This document shows, piece after piece, positions 28,200-37,891 of a stretch of DNA of 64,000 bases. The DNA is from Candidatus Babeliales bacterium. GTDB lineage: Bacteria; Babelota; Babeliae; Babelales; JABCYS01. A program made the position numbers and the translations under genes. Numbering within the stretch: position 1 is the first letter of the stretch; every line of letters starts with the position of its first letter. The notes beneath the pieces are model-generated. The model had not been told where the DNA came from and made no database searches. It saw only the letters and a list, made by a program, of their open reading frames with translations. The stretch lies in the NCBI GenBank assembly GCA_016929235.1, contig JAFGJD010000004.1, positions 256,866 through 320,865 on the forward strand, given 5' to 3'.

Positions 28200-28751
28200 T
28201 TATGTATGTAATTTCTGAGCGAGAATTGTATGAATCAATGCTTCTTCTAATTCTTCTTGACGAGCTTCTCTAGTGCGACGATTTCGAGTAGCAAAGTAAT
28301 TTCTGGCTGCGGCATATGATAAACCCAACATTGCCACTCCTGCGAGAGGGAGACCGATATCAATTGCAGTGATATTAAGGCAAGAGGATCCAGCACAACT
28401 AAGTAGATGTAATAAATTATCACCTCCCATAAAAAGAGCCAGAGCTCCAAGTGGAGAACATATGCAGATATTTGCCCAGCAACCAGCTTGTTCTTCATCA
28501 AGATCTTTTTTAAGACTAGCTTCTCTATATTGAGTATTTCTTTTTAGGACTCGTGCTGCCGTTTCTAATATGATCTCTCGTGATGGAGGATTGTCTGCCG
28601 CCTGGGGAGGCCTATCCATACAAAATGAGGGTTTGATAGATAGCAAAATGATTATAAATATTGATCCATATAAGCAAGGGTTGCTCCAGCTTGAATAATT
28701 AGACTTTCTTTGATTGGAAAGCGGTCCCTTTTTGGATTGTTTGAGCGTCAT
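28200..28751 (-). CDS. hypothetical membrane protein with bilobed hydrophobic domain
   Basis: 183-aa ORF with an N-terminal TM helix. Paired hydrophobic segments ANICICSPLGALALFMGG / ITAIDIGLPLAGVAMLGLSYAAA, followed by a basic tail. Confidence 0.4.
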   Translation of the reverse strand: MTLKQSKKGPLSNQRKSNYSSWSNPCLYGSIFIIILLSIKPSFCMDRPPQAADNPPSREIILETAARVLKRNTQYREASLKKDLDEEQAGCWANICICSPLGALALFMGGDNLLHLLSCAGSSCLNITAIDIGLPLAGVAMLGLSYAAARNYFATRNRRTREARQEELEEALIHTILAQKLHT

Positions 28752-28805
28752 ACTTTTCCTTATCGTTATATTTTTATTTGAAAAAATGAGAGTAGCTCAT
28801 TTGAT

Positions 28806-29792
28806 TTATAGCAATGGATATTTGCTAAAACCAACAAGTTGACATTCCGGTTGTGGAATGATTCCGTATGCGTCAAATACTTTCTGCTGCATAGTACGTG
28901 CTAGCGTGATGATATCGTGTGATGTCGCTGTGCCACGATTGATGATCATGTTGGCATGTTGGTACGAAATGATTGCATCACCAGCGGTAAGCTCCCCTTT
29001 CATGCCAAGTTTGTCTAAATAGTAGGCAATGAAGATCATCTTGCGGCCGTTAATCTCAAGCGTGACTTCATCGGGTGTAAAATTTCTAAAGAAACTACCG
29101 CATGTATGTGTCTTTGGGTATCGGCGTTCTCTGTGTCGTATGATCTCATGTCGTCGACCAAGAGCAAAGGCTGCGTCTGTTTGAGACAGTGGTGCAAGTT
29201 TGAATGTGGTGCTGACAAGTATGTGTTGCTTGTCAAATAGTTTGGATTGATCGTATCCAAATTGAAACCACTCAGCATCGACTGTGGTAATCTCGCCCGT
29301 TTTTACATTCATAACCTGTCCTGAAACAATGAAGTCACTGAGCCCATGCTCAAAGTAGTGCACGTTAATGTAGGTTGAACCTCCGACAGTACCTGGAATG
29401 CCGCTAAAGACTTCAAGGCCACCAAGCTGGTGTTCAAGGCTAGTTATGATGAGCGCATTTAGTGTGGTGCCTGCTTCAGCAGTTACAAGATCATCAGTAA
29501 TGGTGATGTTGGTCATGTGTGGTTTGATAACAAGGCCATCACAACCTTCATCACTAATAAGTATATTTGCACCTGATCCGAGGATGAAAATAGGAAGTGA
29601 ATTATCGTGTGCAAAGGTGCGTGCATACTGGAGTTCATCAACGGTTGTTGGTTCACTAAAATAAGCTGCAGGTCCGCCTGTTCGGAAGAATGTTTTGTCG
29701 TGAAGCGGTATGTTGGTGCGTAGCGATTGTGGTAGCGGTGTAGGGTGATTGATTTGTAATTTCATCACAGTTCGATCGTTTATGACGGACAA
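28806..29792 (-). CDS. murB: UDP-N-acetylenolpyruvoylglucosamine reductase
   Basis: FAD-binding N-terminus FFRTGGPAAYF and ILGSGANILISD. C-terminal MurB domain GSFFRN. Confidence 0.9.
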   Translation of the reverse strand: MSVINDRTVMKLQINHPTPLPQSLRTNIPLHDKTFFRTGGPAAYFSEPTTVDELQYARTFAHDNSLPIFILGSGANILISDEGCDGLVIKPHMTNITITDDLVTAEAGTTLNALIITSLEHQLGGLEVFSGIPGTVGGSTYINVHYFEHGLSDFIVSGQVMNVKTGEITTVDAEWFQFGYDQSKLFDKQHILVSTTFKLAPLSQTDAAFALGRRHEIIRHRERRYPKTHTCGSFFRNFTPDEVTLEINGRKMIFIAYYLDKLGMKGELTAGDAIISYQHANMIINRGTATSHDIITLARTMQQKVFDAYGIIPQPECQLVGFSKYPLL

Positions 29793-29890
29793 TATTTGTC
29801 ACAGTATACGATCTTTTGGGATGTCATAAAAGTAAGAAAAAAGAAGCTATGAATCACCGATACTTTTGTAATGGCAGTTACTTGAAAATG

Positions 29891-31249
29891 TTACTCTAAC
29901 ATGTCCAGCTGGATACGGCGTAATTCTTGCTGTTGTCTGCGTTGTCTTTCAAGTTCAGTTATGCGATCTGCAATTTCAAGAGAGGCCGCAAGGTAGTGAG
30001 CCTTAGGAGCTAGAGCTTCAGGCGACTCTCTTTGCTCATACGGTTCATGAAGAGCAATCCTCGCGACGAAACCATCTAAAACTCCATTAGGAATTCCCGC
30101 AAAAAGTCGATCTGCGATTTTTATAAGTAATTCTTGAGCTCTAGATGTAGTTTCTTCATCTCCTTGAGTATGGGCAAGAGTTGTAACAAATTGACGACCT
30201 TGTCCTTCAAGTAGAGGTAATGCTCCTCGATCGCGAGATTTTACACAATGCTCCCATATTCTAAGCCATGTTTGTGCTTCAACAAAGAGAGAGGCTTGAG
30301 TTTCAAAGTTCATTACTGGCTCTGATAGTCTAGAGCGAGTCGCAGCCTCTCGTGCTTGTGATATGAAGAATGCAGAAAGTATTTCTGCTTGTTGTTCAAG
30401 TCGTGGTCTTAGTTGTTCGAAATGAGCATCAAATTCGGCATCAGAAGGGGGGGGGCTAAAGGTGAAGGCTTTTGCTTTCAGGACTGCACCCAATGCTGCA
30501 ATTTGTTGACTTCCAACTGTGCGGAGCTCAGTTTCAGTTTCCGTTAAGCGACGCGAGATTTCTTGTTCAGAAGTGTACAGTTGCAAAAGACGTCTTATGT
30601 GTGCCTCTGCATAAGGTTCCGAACCGATACGACTTTCAAGTTTATTCATTCGGCGTCGATAACTAAACATCGCTAAAGTGCCAGTGGGACGGTCTGCAAG
30701 AAGACGTAATGCTGTTTTTGTATACACCTTGCCCACTGCATCCATGTGTGAGTATGGTCTTTCCTTGGTGGCATCACATACTGCACACATGCACGCATCC
30801 CATTCTGGATCGTGTTGAGCTTGTTCGTGCAGATTAGATGCAAGTATTGCAAAGCGTGCTTTCATGCTAGAAACAGCTTGAATCACTCGAAGCAAATAGG
30901 AGCGTGCGTTGTTGTGGTCTCCTGCTTCTATCCGTTGCTCATACGTTTCGTTAACTCTTATGAAAAACTGTTCCATCTGACTTCTGAAGTAGTCTTGATC
31001 GACAAAGCGTGATTGCCCTGAAATTTGATCGCGTAGATTGTCATGCAGCAAGATTGCTACACGTTCGGCAAAATCTTCTAGTGGTATAGTTTGGTGAGCT
31101 AAAGCATTCAGAGCAGCTTCAAACCTTTCTTTTGGAAATGGCCGCTGCTCCATTGCTTTGAGGGAGCATCCGAAGTGTAAAACTAATAGGGGAATAAGAA
31201 GAGCTGCATTTTTAGGCATGACCCACTTTCTTCTGTGTTGCGCTTTCAA
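29891..31249 (-). CDS. hypothetical secreted helical protein
   Basis: 452-aa ORF. Signal-like AALLIPLLVLHFGCS (alternative ATG at 31219). Contains a C9 tract encoding SPPPS. ER/Q-rich C-terminus. Confidence 0.5.
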   Translation of the reverse strand: MKAQHRRKWVMPKNAALLIPLLVLHFGCSLKAMEQRPFPKERFEAALNALAHQTIPLEDFAERVAILLHDNLRDQISGQSRFVDQDYFRSQMEQFFIRVNETYEQRIEAGDHNNARSYLLRVIQAVSSMKARFAILASNLHEQAQHDPEWDACMCAVCDATKERPYSHMDAVGKVYTKTALRLLADRPTGTLAMFSYRRRMNKLESRIGSEPYAEAHIRRLLQLYTSEQEISRRLTETETELRTVGSQQIAALGAVLKAKAFTFSPPPSDAEFDAHFEQLRPRLEQQAEILSAFFISQAREAATRSRLSEPVMNFETQASLFVEAQTWLRIWEHCVKSRDRGALPLLEGQGRQFVTTLAHTQGDEETTSRAQELLIKIADRLFAGIPNGVLDGFVARIALHEPYEQRESPEALAPKAHYLAASLEIADRITELERQRRQQQELRRIQLDMLE

Positions 31250-31321
31250 TTATTGCATTCGACGAGACGAGTATACTATACATTCAACTAGGAAAAAAGT
31301 GCTTGTATCGAGGAGAATAGC

Positions 31322-34300
31322 GTGAAATATAGCGGGAGTTTTGTTTGTGGTGTGTTGTTTGCAACCTCATTCGGCATGATGTACGGAATTACGTTTATGG
31401 AGAGGGCTCATCCTGATAATACTATTGAACTCCCAGCAGAAATAGTTGCAGCGTCACCCTATTTAAGTCAGCAACCAGATGCAAGGATAGAGGTTTCCAC
31501 CGACCTATTTACTCTTTTCAGGGATTATACAGAAAATAGGACAGAAAGCGCTCAAGCGTATTTAAGTGCCAATTTTCAGAGATTTAAAGAGAACGCTGAG
31601 GTCCTTTTGAATGAAGCCATTCAATTGGGATATGAGCCTATTACGAGAATAATTGCGTTGGGTGATGCTTATAAAGATCGAGTATTCAGGAGAGTTGAAG
31701 GTTGGACCAGAACATATGCTCCAGATGCAGTTCAGTCTGAAGTAGTATCAATTCCATGGGCCACACGGGCGGAATTTTTTGATGCATATCAGGAATATGC
31801 TACAACGCATATGAGATTATCTCCAAAGGATCTTAAAACACTTATCAAGGTCAATGTGGTTGCCATTGATCCGCTAGGGCAGACTGGTACTCCCGTAGAG
31901 ATGACGTACGAGCAGGTTGAATATTCAGCTCTCTGGGTAAGGGGTATTGCGGCCGATAGAAGAATTTACGTTTCCAGTCCCGAGGGTCAGCTTGATGGTA
32001 CAACTGCATCAATTGGGAATGTTGTTGATTTCTTGAGAAAGGTTCCCAATTTTAGGTCTCAAGGAAAAATAAGTGGTAGTTGGACGCAAGTGAGAGGATT
32101 CAGTTTCATTTTGTCGCAACTGTATATCCCTACAGATGTGCAGCGCCTGCTCATAGAGAGCCCTGGATTTATTGAATCAATTTCAGATGTTGGTACTATT
32201 TCGCGCTTTTTTCGCAACCTAAACCTAGTGACTCCGCTTGATCAACGACCAGTAGCTTCGACATTCCTCGATGATATGAAACAGCGCCAGTTAGATGTTG
32301 CTCATAACCAAGCGTATCTACGCTTGATTGACAGATATATGCGATTGGCAGAGCAGGTTGAAGGAGGTTTGAATGGCGAGGATCGATGGGTGATAGAGCT
32401 TCTAAAGTCATTTGAGCCGGATGTAAGAGAGGCACTAATTACGAACTATGAAGGAACATTTAGCAAGAAATTATATCTTGAACAGCCAAATGTTCGTCTC
32501 ATTAGTTCGAATAATGAATACATTCTCATGGATGACCAAGTTGCTAGCAAATCTAGATATCTCAGAGAGAGAATGCGTACAGCCGAGCAGTCTTCGGGGC
32601 AAGAAGGCCGGCAAGAGTATCTTTTCAGAGAAGCGGATTTTACTACAAGTGATCTTCAGCTTGCCACAGGGCTTATGACGGCACAGGCATGTGCACGAGA
32701 AGGCACATCATATAGTGATTTGAGAAAATTTGTTATGACTGAGCAGGGTGAGGGCATGTCTGATTGGTTGCTTCGTACAGGATACAATGTCTTTGTGGAC
32801 TATGTTATGCCCCTTGCTGGAGCCTATGCAACGTACAGAACGGCGACAACGAATGCTAATCCGCTTGCTGCTGCTGGAGTGGGAACTGCGACGGCTAGCT
32901 ATACTGGATTGCGACGTTTTTGGAAAAAGTATTTTGCTGACCCAGTAGCTCCAAAGAATGCAGAGGCTGCTTTAAAAAGTCATGATGCTTGGGGTTATGA
33001 GCTTGCATTTGTGCGTCAGGCATTGATTCCAGAATATGTTGATCGATTTGCTCAGCGACAAAGAGGTGGTAAGACCTTAGCAGAATTGAATGAGATTGGG
33101 CTTTCTAGGTTGCAGCGCTATTTTAATGAGGTTGGATTTAGCGAGGGCATCTTGGTTGATATAGGTCGTTATTACTTTTTCAATAATTTTGATGCAGTGC
33201 GCCAATACTTTATAGCGAAAAGGGCTGAAGAAGGAGGTACTGAAATTGCTGACAAGGGAATCAAGCCTCTTGAGTTTGGAATAAACTATTCTATGTCTGT
33301 TGGAGAGCGGTTGGATTGGGTATGGATGCGCCCCCTTGCCGCGCACCAGGGGGGTAGGGTTCTTGATTTAAGTTGGCAAATGATTGGTAGTCTGCGTGGC
33401 ATAGAAGGAGTTGAGGGAATCACAAATGTTGTAAAATTGACTCTGGAAGAAAACGCACTGGTTAGTCTTGAAGGCTTAGGAGAATTACAAGGTATTTCAG
33501 AGATTCTTTGTTCGCGTAATTCTCTAGCATCTGTTAATCCAGAGGATCTTCCTGCTAGTTTGACACGACTTGATTTAATGGGTAACCGCCTTACTTATAT
33601 TGATATTGAGGGCATCTTGGCGCGATGCCCTCAATTGAAATCTATTGATCTGAACGGCAATAATCTTCCTTCTTTTGAGGTGGAGCGTATTGTAAAGGTG
33701 TGGGAAGCTGTGCGCAAGGCGAGTCCTGAGCGTGGTATGATTGAGCTGAAGGCGAATGCTTTAGATGGCGCTCAAAATAGGGGGCGTTTTGAAAGTATTT
33801 TATTTGCTCTGAGGAATCTTATGACACGTATTACCGAAGGTGCTAAGACGCTGTGGAAGCGAACTAAGACACAAGATGTGGTTAGTAGAACTGCAATAGC
33901 TACAGAGCAGGAAGCTTTGGCTAACCCAAGTGAAGCTGATGCTCTCCTAGCACAGGGACAAGCAGTCTACGATGCAATGACGGCTGGTGATATTGATGGC
34001 ATTGAGCGCGAGATTGATACTCTGGCAGGGGCTGCGAAACTTACCGAGGAAGAACGTAGAGATCTTGCTGAACAACTCGACGCAGCAACGCTTGACACAG
34101 CGGCTATTGCAGAGCTCCCAATAATTGAACCGGTTCCAGAGGGAGATGGTGGTAGCGAAGCTGCTACCTCTGAAGCCAGTTTTGAATCGGCATATCAGGT
34201 TCCTGCAATGGAAGGTATTTGGAATGATTACGATGTTAGCATGCGAGAGCTTAATAGGACTCAAGAAATAGAACGTGTAGCGTTACGTGAGGCTAAAGAG

Positions 34301-34507
34301 CAGGAGCTGCGTGATGTTACAGAAGAAGCTCGTCAACAGGAAATTGAACAGCGGTATGAAGGACAAATGCGCGAAGTGAATGAACGACAAGCTCGTGAGC
34401 GAGCTGAGTTATCACAGGAACGAGAACGACGTCTTGAAGAACAGCGACGGCAGGAGCGGGAGCGTGTCGAGGCTTCACGTGAACCGAGGGCATCGGCCGG
34501 TGTTTAA
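31322..34507 (+). CDS. large secreted LRR protein with E/R-rich coiled-coil tail
   Basis: 1061-aa ORF with a GTG start preceded by GAGGAG. Hydrophobic N-terminus. LRR block approximately LDLSWQMIGSLRGIEGV...LDLMGNRLTYIDI...IDLNGNNLPSF. C-terminal ~100 aa are E/R/Q-rich. Confidence 0.6.
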   Translation: MKYSGSFVCGVLFATSFGMMYGITFMERAHPDNTIELPAEIVAASPYLSQQPDARIEVSTDLFTLFRDYTENRTESAQAYLSANFQRFKENAEVLLNEAIQLGYEPITRIIALGDAYKDRVFRRVEGWTRTYAPDAVQSEVVSIPWATRAEFFDAYQEYATTHMRLSPKDLKTLIKVNVVAIDPLGQTGTPVEMTYEQVEYSALWVRGIAADRRIYVSSPEGQLDGTTASIGNVVDFLRKVPNFRSQGKISGSWTQVRGFSFILSQLYIPTDVQRLLIESPGFIESISDVGTISRFFRNLNLVTPLDQRPVASTFLDDMKQRQLDVAHNQAYLRLIDRYMRLAEQVEGGLNGEDRWVIELLKSFEPDVREALITNYEGTFSKKLYLEQPNVRLISSNNEYILMDDQVASKSRYLRERMRTAEQSSGQEGRQEYLFREADFTTSDLQLATGLMTAQACAREGTSYSDLRKFVMTEQGEGMSDWLLRTGYNVFVDYVMPLAGAYATYRTATTNANPLAAAGVGTATASYTGLRRFWKKYFADPVAPKNAEAALKSHDAWGYELAFVRQALIPEYVDRFAQRQRGGKTLAELNEIGLSRLQRYFNEVGFSEGILVDIGRYYFFNNFDAVRQYFIAKRAEEGGTEIADKGIKPLEFGINYSMSVGERLDWVWMRPLAAHQGGRVLDLSWQMIGSLRGIEGVEGITNVVKLTLEENALVSLEGLGELQGISEILCSRNSLASVNPEDLPASLTRLDLMGNRLTYIDIEGILARCPQLKSIDLNGNNLPSFEVERIVKVWEAVRKASPERGMIELKANALDGAQNRGRFESILFALRNLMTRITEGAKTLWKRTKTQDVVSRTAIATEQEALANPSEADALLAQGQAVYDAMTAGDIDGIEREIDTLAGAAKLTEEERRDLAEQLDAATLDTAAIAELPIIEPVPEGDGGSEAATSEASFESAYQVPAMEGIWNDYDVSMRELNRTQEIERVALREAKEQELRDVTEEARQQEIEQRYEGQMREVNERQARERAELSQERERRLEEQRRQERERVEASREPRASAGV

Positions 34508-34589
34508 TTTGAAGCTTTAAGCCTTTTTTCGTATGCTGGTGCGGTATGTCGTTTTTCCCTTACTGCACTAGTCAAAAGGTAGCTTCACC

Positions 34590-36911
34590 ATGAAACTGTC
34601 AATCGCGTGGATCTTTGACCACATCAATGCTCGATGGCACGATATTCCCCTTGATCAGTTGGTTGACCGATTTAACAAAACAACTGCTGAGATCGAAGAT
34701 GTTGAGCATTGCACGATTGATCTGGTGCCCTTTACCTGCGGCCGTGTGATCGCGATTACTGATACTAGTGTAATACTGCAGAGCGATGAATGGTCTAAAG
34801 AGATCACTCTGCCTGGTCGTTCTGATGCATCTGTTGGGTCATATTTTCTTGTGTGTAAGGATCGGTATGCAACCGTTCGTGATTTTGGATGTGGTAAAGA
34901 TGGACTACTTCCAGCACTAACTATGACTGATGAAGATGCTGGTGGGGTATGGAAAAGCTCTATAGAGACAGAAGATTATATTATAGAAGTTGATAATAAA
35001 TCGATTACTAACCGTCCAGATATGTGGAGTCATAGAGGATTTGCTCGCGAGATTGCAGCACTCTTTGATCTTCCACTTAAACCACTTTCAGAATTTACAG
35101 CACGACACGAAGTGCGGAAATATGATGCATGTGCGGCAGCCACAGATGCGTGTCCTATTTCTATTGAAGTGAAGGCGCCAGATGCGTGTCCATACTTTTC
35201 TGGTTTGTACGTAAAGACTATCTCATCACAACCATCCGCGTTGTGGATGGCACATCGCCTTGCGCGAACTGACAATCGTCCGATTAATGGGATTGTTGAT
35301 GTTACTAACTATGTCATGCTCGACCTGGGACAACCAATGCACGCATTTGATGTGAACAAGATTGGTTCAACAAAGATCGTGCCTCGCATGGCACGGCCTG
35401 GTGAAAAACTTGAGCTTCTTGACGATACACAGCTTGAACTTACTGATCAGGATCTTGTGATCTCGAACGGTGATACCGCACTTGCTCTTGCAGGGGTCAT
35501 GGGTGGCAAACGATCTGGTATCGATACATCAACGACATCTGTATTTTTAGAGGCAGCGTGTTTTGATGCGGGTGTGATCCGTCGTTCGGCAGTACGATGC
35601 AAAACGCGTACCGAAGCATCGGCACGTTTTGAAAAAAGTCTTGATCCAGCACAAACCGTTCCTGCGATACAGAGGTTCATTAAACTGTATGAAGAGATTG
35701 GTGGAACACTGAACCTAACTACTTCGATCAAGGCAGTGGGACGCCTGCCTCAGCCAACGATCATTACGATCGAGCATGCAACCATAGAGACACTACTTGG
35801 CTGTTCGGTTCCATCACAGACGGTTGTGAAAATTCTTGAAAAACTGGCATTCAAAGTTGAGCAGTCACGCAATCCTGGAAGCGTTCTATATACCATCACG
35901 GTACCAACGTTCCGTGCGACAAAAGATGTTACGATTAAGGAAGACATTGTTGAAGAAGTAGGTCGCTTTTACGGGTACACCAACATTGAGCCCGTACTTC
36001 CATCCATGCAGATGCAACCATCTGATATGTCACGCTTGTACCAGATACGTGGCATCAAGAAACATATGGCATATGCCAACCGCATGCATGAGTTGCAAAG
36101 CTACGCGTTGTACGACGAAGAATTTTTGAAAGAACTTTGTTGGGAGCCGGCCGTCTATATTTCGTTGATCAATCCAGTTGCTGATACTAACAAGCGGTTA
36201 GCAACATCATTGATCCCCAATGTCTTAAAGGCGGTACAACAGAATGCGCTCAAGGAAGATGAGCTTAGATTCTTCGAACTTAATCCCATCTGGCCACACG
36301 GTACACAGGAGCCGATTGTAGAGAATCTTTCGCTTGCTTCTGTTGTATACAAGCGCAGAGGAGAAGTTGATTTTTACGAAGAGAAGGCTGCACTGCAATC
36401 GCTCTTTTCCTTACTTGGCATGCATGTCACTTGGAAGAAAGTTGAGTCACCAGCTCCATGGTACAGCAGCACACAAACGGCACAGCTTCTACATGGTAGG
36501 CATGTTGTTGGGTATGCAGGGATGATGGATGAGTCATTCTTGAACCGCGTATGCGAAGGTAAAGGATTTATTGCGGAGATTGATGGTGATTATATAGCCT
36601 CATATAGACATGAACCTGTGCGTATGCATCCGCTATCTAAGTACCAAGATGTGACACTTGATATTAGTATGTTGGTGCCGCTTCAGGTGACGGTTGATAA
36701 GCTGCAGGCCGTGATTCATGGTGTTGATGGTCGTATTGTACGCGTGCAGTTGATAGACTTTTTTGAAAAGAAAGAGTGGAAGGATAAACGATCGCTTACG
36801 TTCAGATATGTTGTGCAAGATCATCACGCAACATTGGATAAGGGTGCTATTGATACGATTGTATCCTCTGTGGAACACGCGGTTGCCAAACAGGGAGTTG
36901 AAGTTCGATGA
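34590..36911 (+). CDS. pheT: phenylalanine--tRNA ligase beta subunit
   Basis: B3/4 domain (ITNRPDMWSHRGFAREIA), B5 domain, and a C-terminal FDX-ACB-like domain (SLTFRYV). TGA stop sits in an ATGA overlap with lspA. Confidence 0.9.
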   Translation: MKLSIAWIFDHINARWHDIPLDQLVDRFNKTTAEIEDVEHCTIDLVPFTCGRVIAITDTSVILQSDEWSKEITLPGRSDASVGSYFLVCKDRYATVRDFGCGKDGLLPALTMTDEDAGGVWKSSIETEDYIIEVDNKSITNRPDMWSHRGFAREIAALFDLPLKPLSEFTARHEVRKYDACAAATDACPISIEVKAPDACPYFSGLYVKTISSQPSALWMAHRLARTDNRPINGIVDVTNYVMLDLGQPMHAFDVNKIGSTKIVPRMARPGEKLELLDDTQLELTDQDLVISNGDTALALAGVMGGKRSGIDTSTTSVFLEAACFDAGVIRRSAVRCKTRTEASARFEKSLDPAQTVPAIQRFIKLYEEIGGTLNLTTSIKAVGRLPQPTIITIEHATIETLLGCSVPSQTVVKILEKLAFKVEQSRNPGSVLYTITVPTFRATKDVTIKEDIVEEVGRFYGYTNIEPVLPSMQMQPSDMSRLYQIRGIKKHMAYANRMHELQSYALYDEEFLKELCWEPAVYISLINPVADTNKRLATSLIPNVLKAVQQNALKEDELRFFELNPIWPHGTQEPIVENLSLASVVYKRRGEVDFYEEKAALQSLFSLLGMHVTWKKVESPAPWYSSTQTAQLLHGRHVVGYAGMMDESFLNRVCEGKGFIAEIDGDYIASYRHEPVRMHPLSKYQDVTLDISMLVPLQVTVDKLQAVIHGVDGRIVRVQLIDFFEKKEWKDKRSLTFRYVVQDHHATLDKGAIDTIVSSVEHAVAKQGVEVR

Positions 36912-37384
36912 AGCGAGCTCGAGAGTTACAGAACTATGCATGGATCGGTGGTGCGATTTTGCTTTTAGATCGTATCACTAAGTGGATTGTTTTGCATTAT
37001 TTAGAAAATGAATATATATGCACATCATTTTTATCATTTGATCTTGTCGTTAATCGTGGTATCTCGTGGGGGATGTTCCATTCGACCAATCAAGCAATGT
37101 TCATGTTGGTGACGACATTGGTGATGGGAGTGATTGTTTTTTTGATCTCACATGCATATACGCGCTGGAGTGATAGTTTTGCGATTTATGGTGAAATAAT
37201 GGTTTTGGCGGGAGCGCTATCCAACCTATTTGATAGATTTATGTATCGTGGCGTTATTGATTTTATTGAAGTAACGACCGGCAAGTATGTTTGGCCATCA
37301 TTCAATGTTGCCGACATCGCGATATTTTTTGGTGTTATGCTCATGCTTATAAGTGTGTATTCTGATCGTGAAACAAAAAAATAA
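36908..37384 (+). CDS. lspA: lipoprotein signal peptidase II
   Basis: Four TM helices. NRGISWGMF and FNVADIAIFFG motifs. Confidence 0.9.
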   Translation: MKRARELQNYAWIGGAILLLDRITKWIVLHYLENEYICTSFLSFDLVVNRGISWGMFHSTNQAMFMLVTTLVMGVIVFLISHAYTRWSDSFAIYGEIMVLAGALSNLFDRFMYRGVIDFIEVTTGKYVWPSFNVADIAIFFGVMLMLISVYSDRETKK

Positions 37385-37835
37385 TATTCTTCTTTATCTG
37401 GCTACGCTTGGTCCTATAGGATACCTGCCTTCTCCGGGAACTTTGGCCACAGTTGTTACATTACCCCTCATCTGGTTATCTGCTCCATTATCGTTTTTTA
37501 TGTATAGTTTGATTGGCGTATGTTTGATTATTCTCTCATTACTCTTAAGTCGCTATGCATGCCGCCTATTCTTAAGTAACGATCCGCAACAGGTTATTAT
37601 TGATGAAGTGATGGGGACATGGATTACCTTTTGGGCGCTGCCAAAAACGTGGTTTGTGTTGATTATGGGATGTGTACTGTTTCGATTTTTTGATATTATA
37701 AAACCCCTTGGTATTAAGCGGTTAGAGCGATTCTCTGGAGGATGGGGGGTTGTTTTGGATGATGCTGCTGCAGGGATGGTAAGTATGCTCGTTCTCCACC
37801 TTTTGCTCTGGATTGCAGGATCATACGTATCGTGA
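37353..37835 (+). CDS. pgpA: phosphatidylglycerophosphatase A
   Basis: GPIGYLPSPGTLATV and FRFFDIIKP motifs. Overlaps the lspA end by 32 nt, so the start is uncertain. Confidence 0.8.
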   Translation: MCILIVKQKNNILLYLATLGPIGYLPSPGTLATVVTLPLIWLSAPLSFFMYSLIGVCLIILSLLLSRYACRLFLSNDPQQVIIDEVMGTWITFWALPKTWFVLIMGCVLFRFFDIIKPLGIKRLERFSGGWGVVLDDAAAGMVSMLVLHLLLWIAGSYVS

Positions 37836-37891
37836 TACCCTTTCGCCATTGTGTTGAATAACGTTTTTCTTACACTCTATAAGGATGCTTT

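Noticed and set aside
34508-34589. T-box leader upstream of pheT
   Set aside because: The 82-nt spacer is too short for a T-box, and no specifier or T-box sequence is visible.
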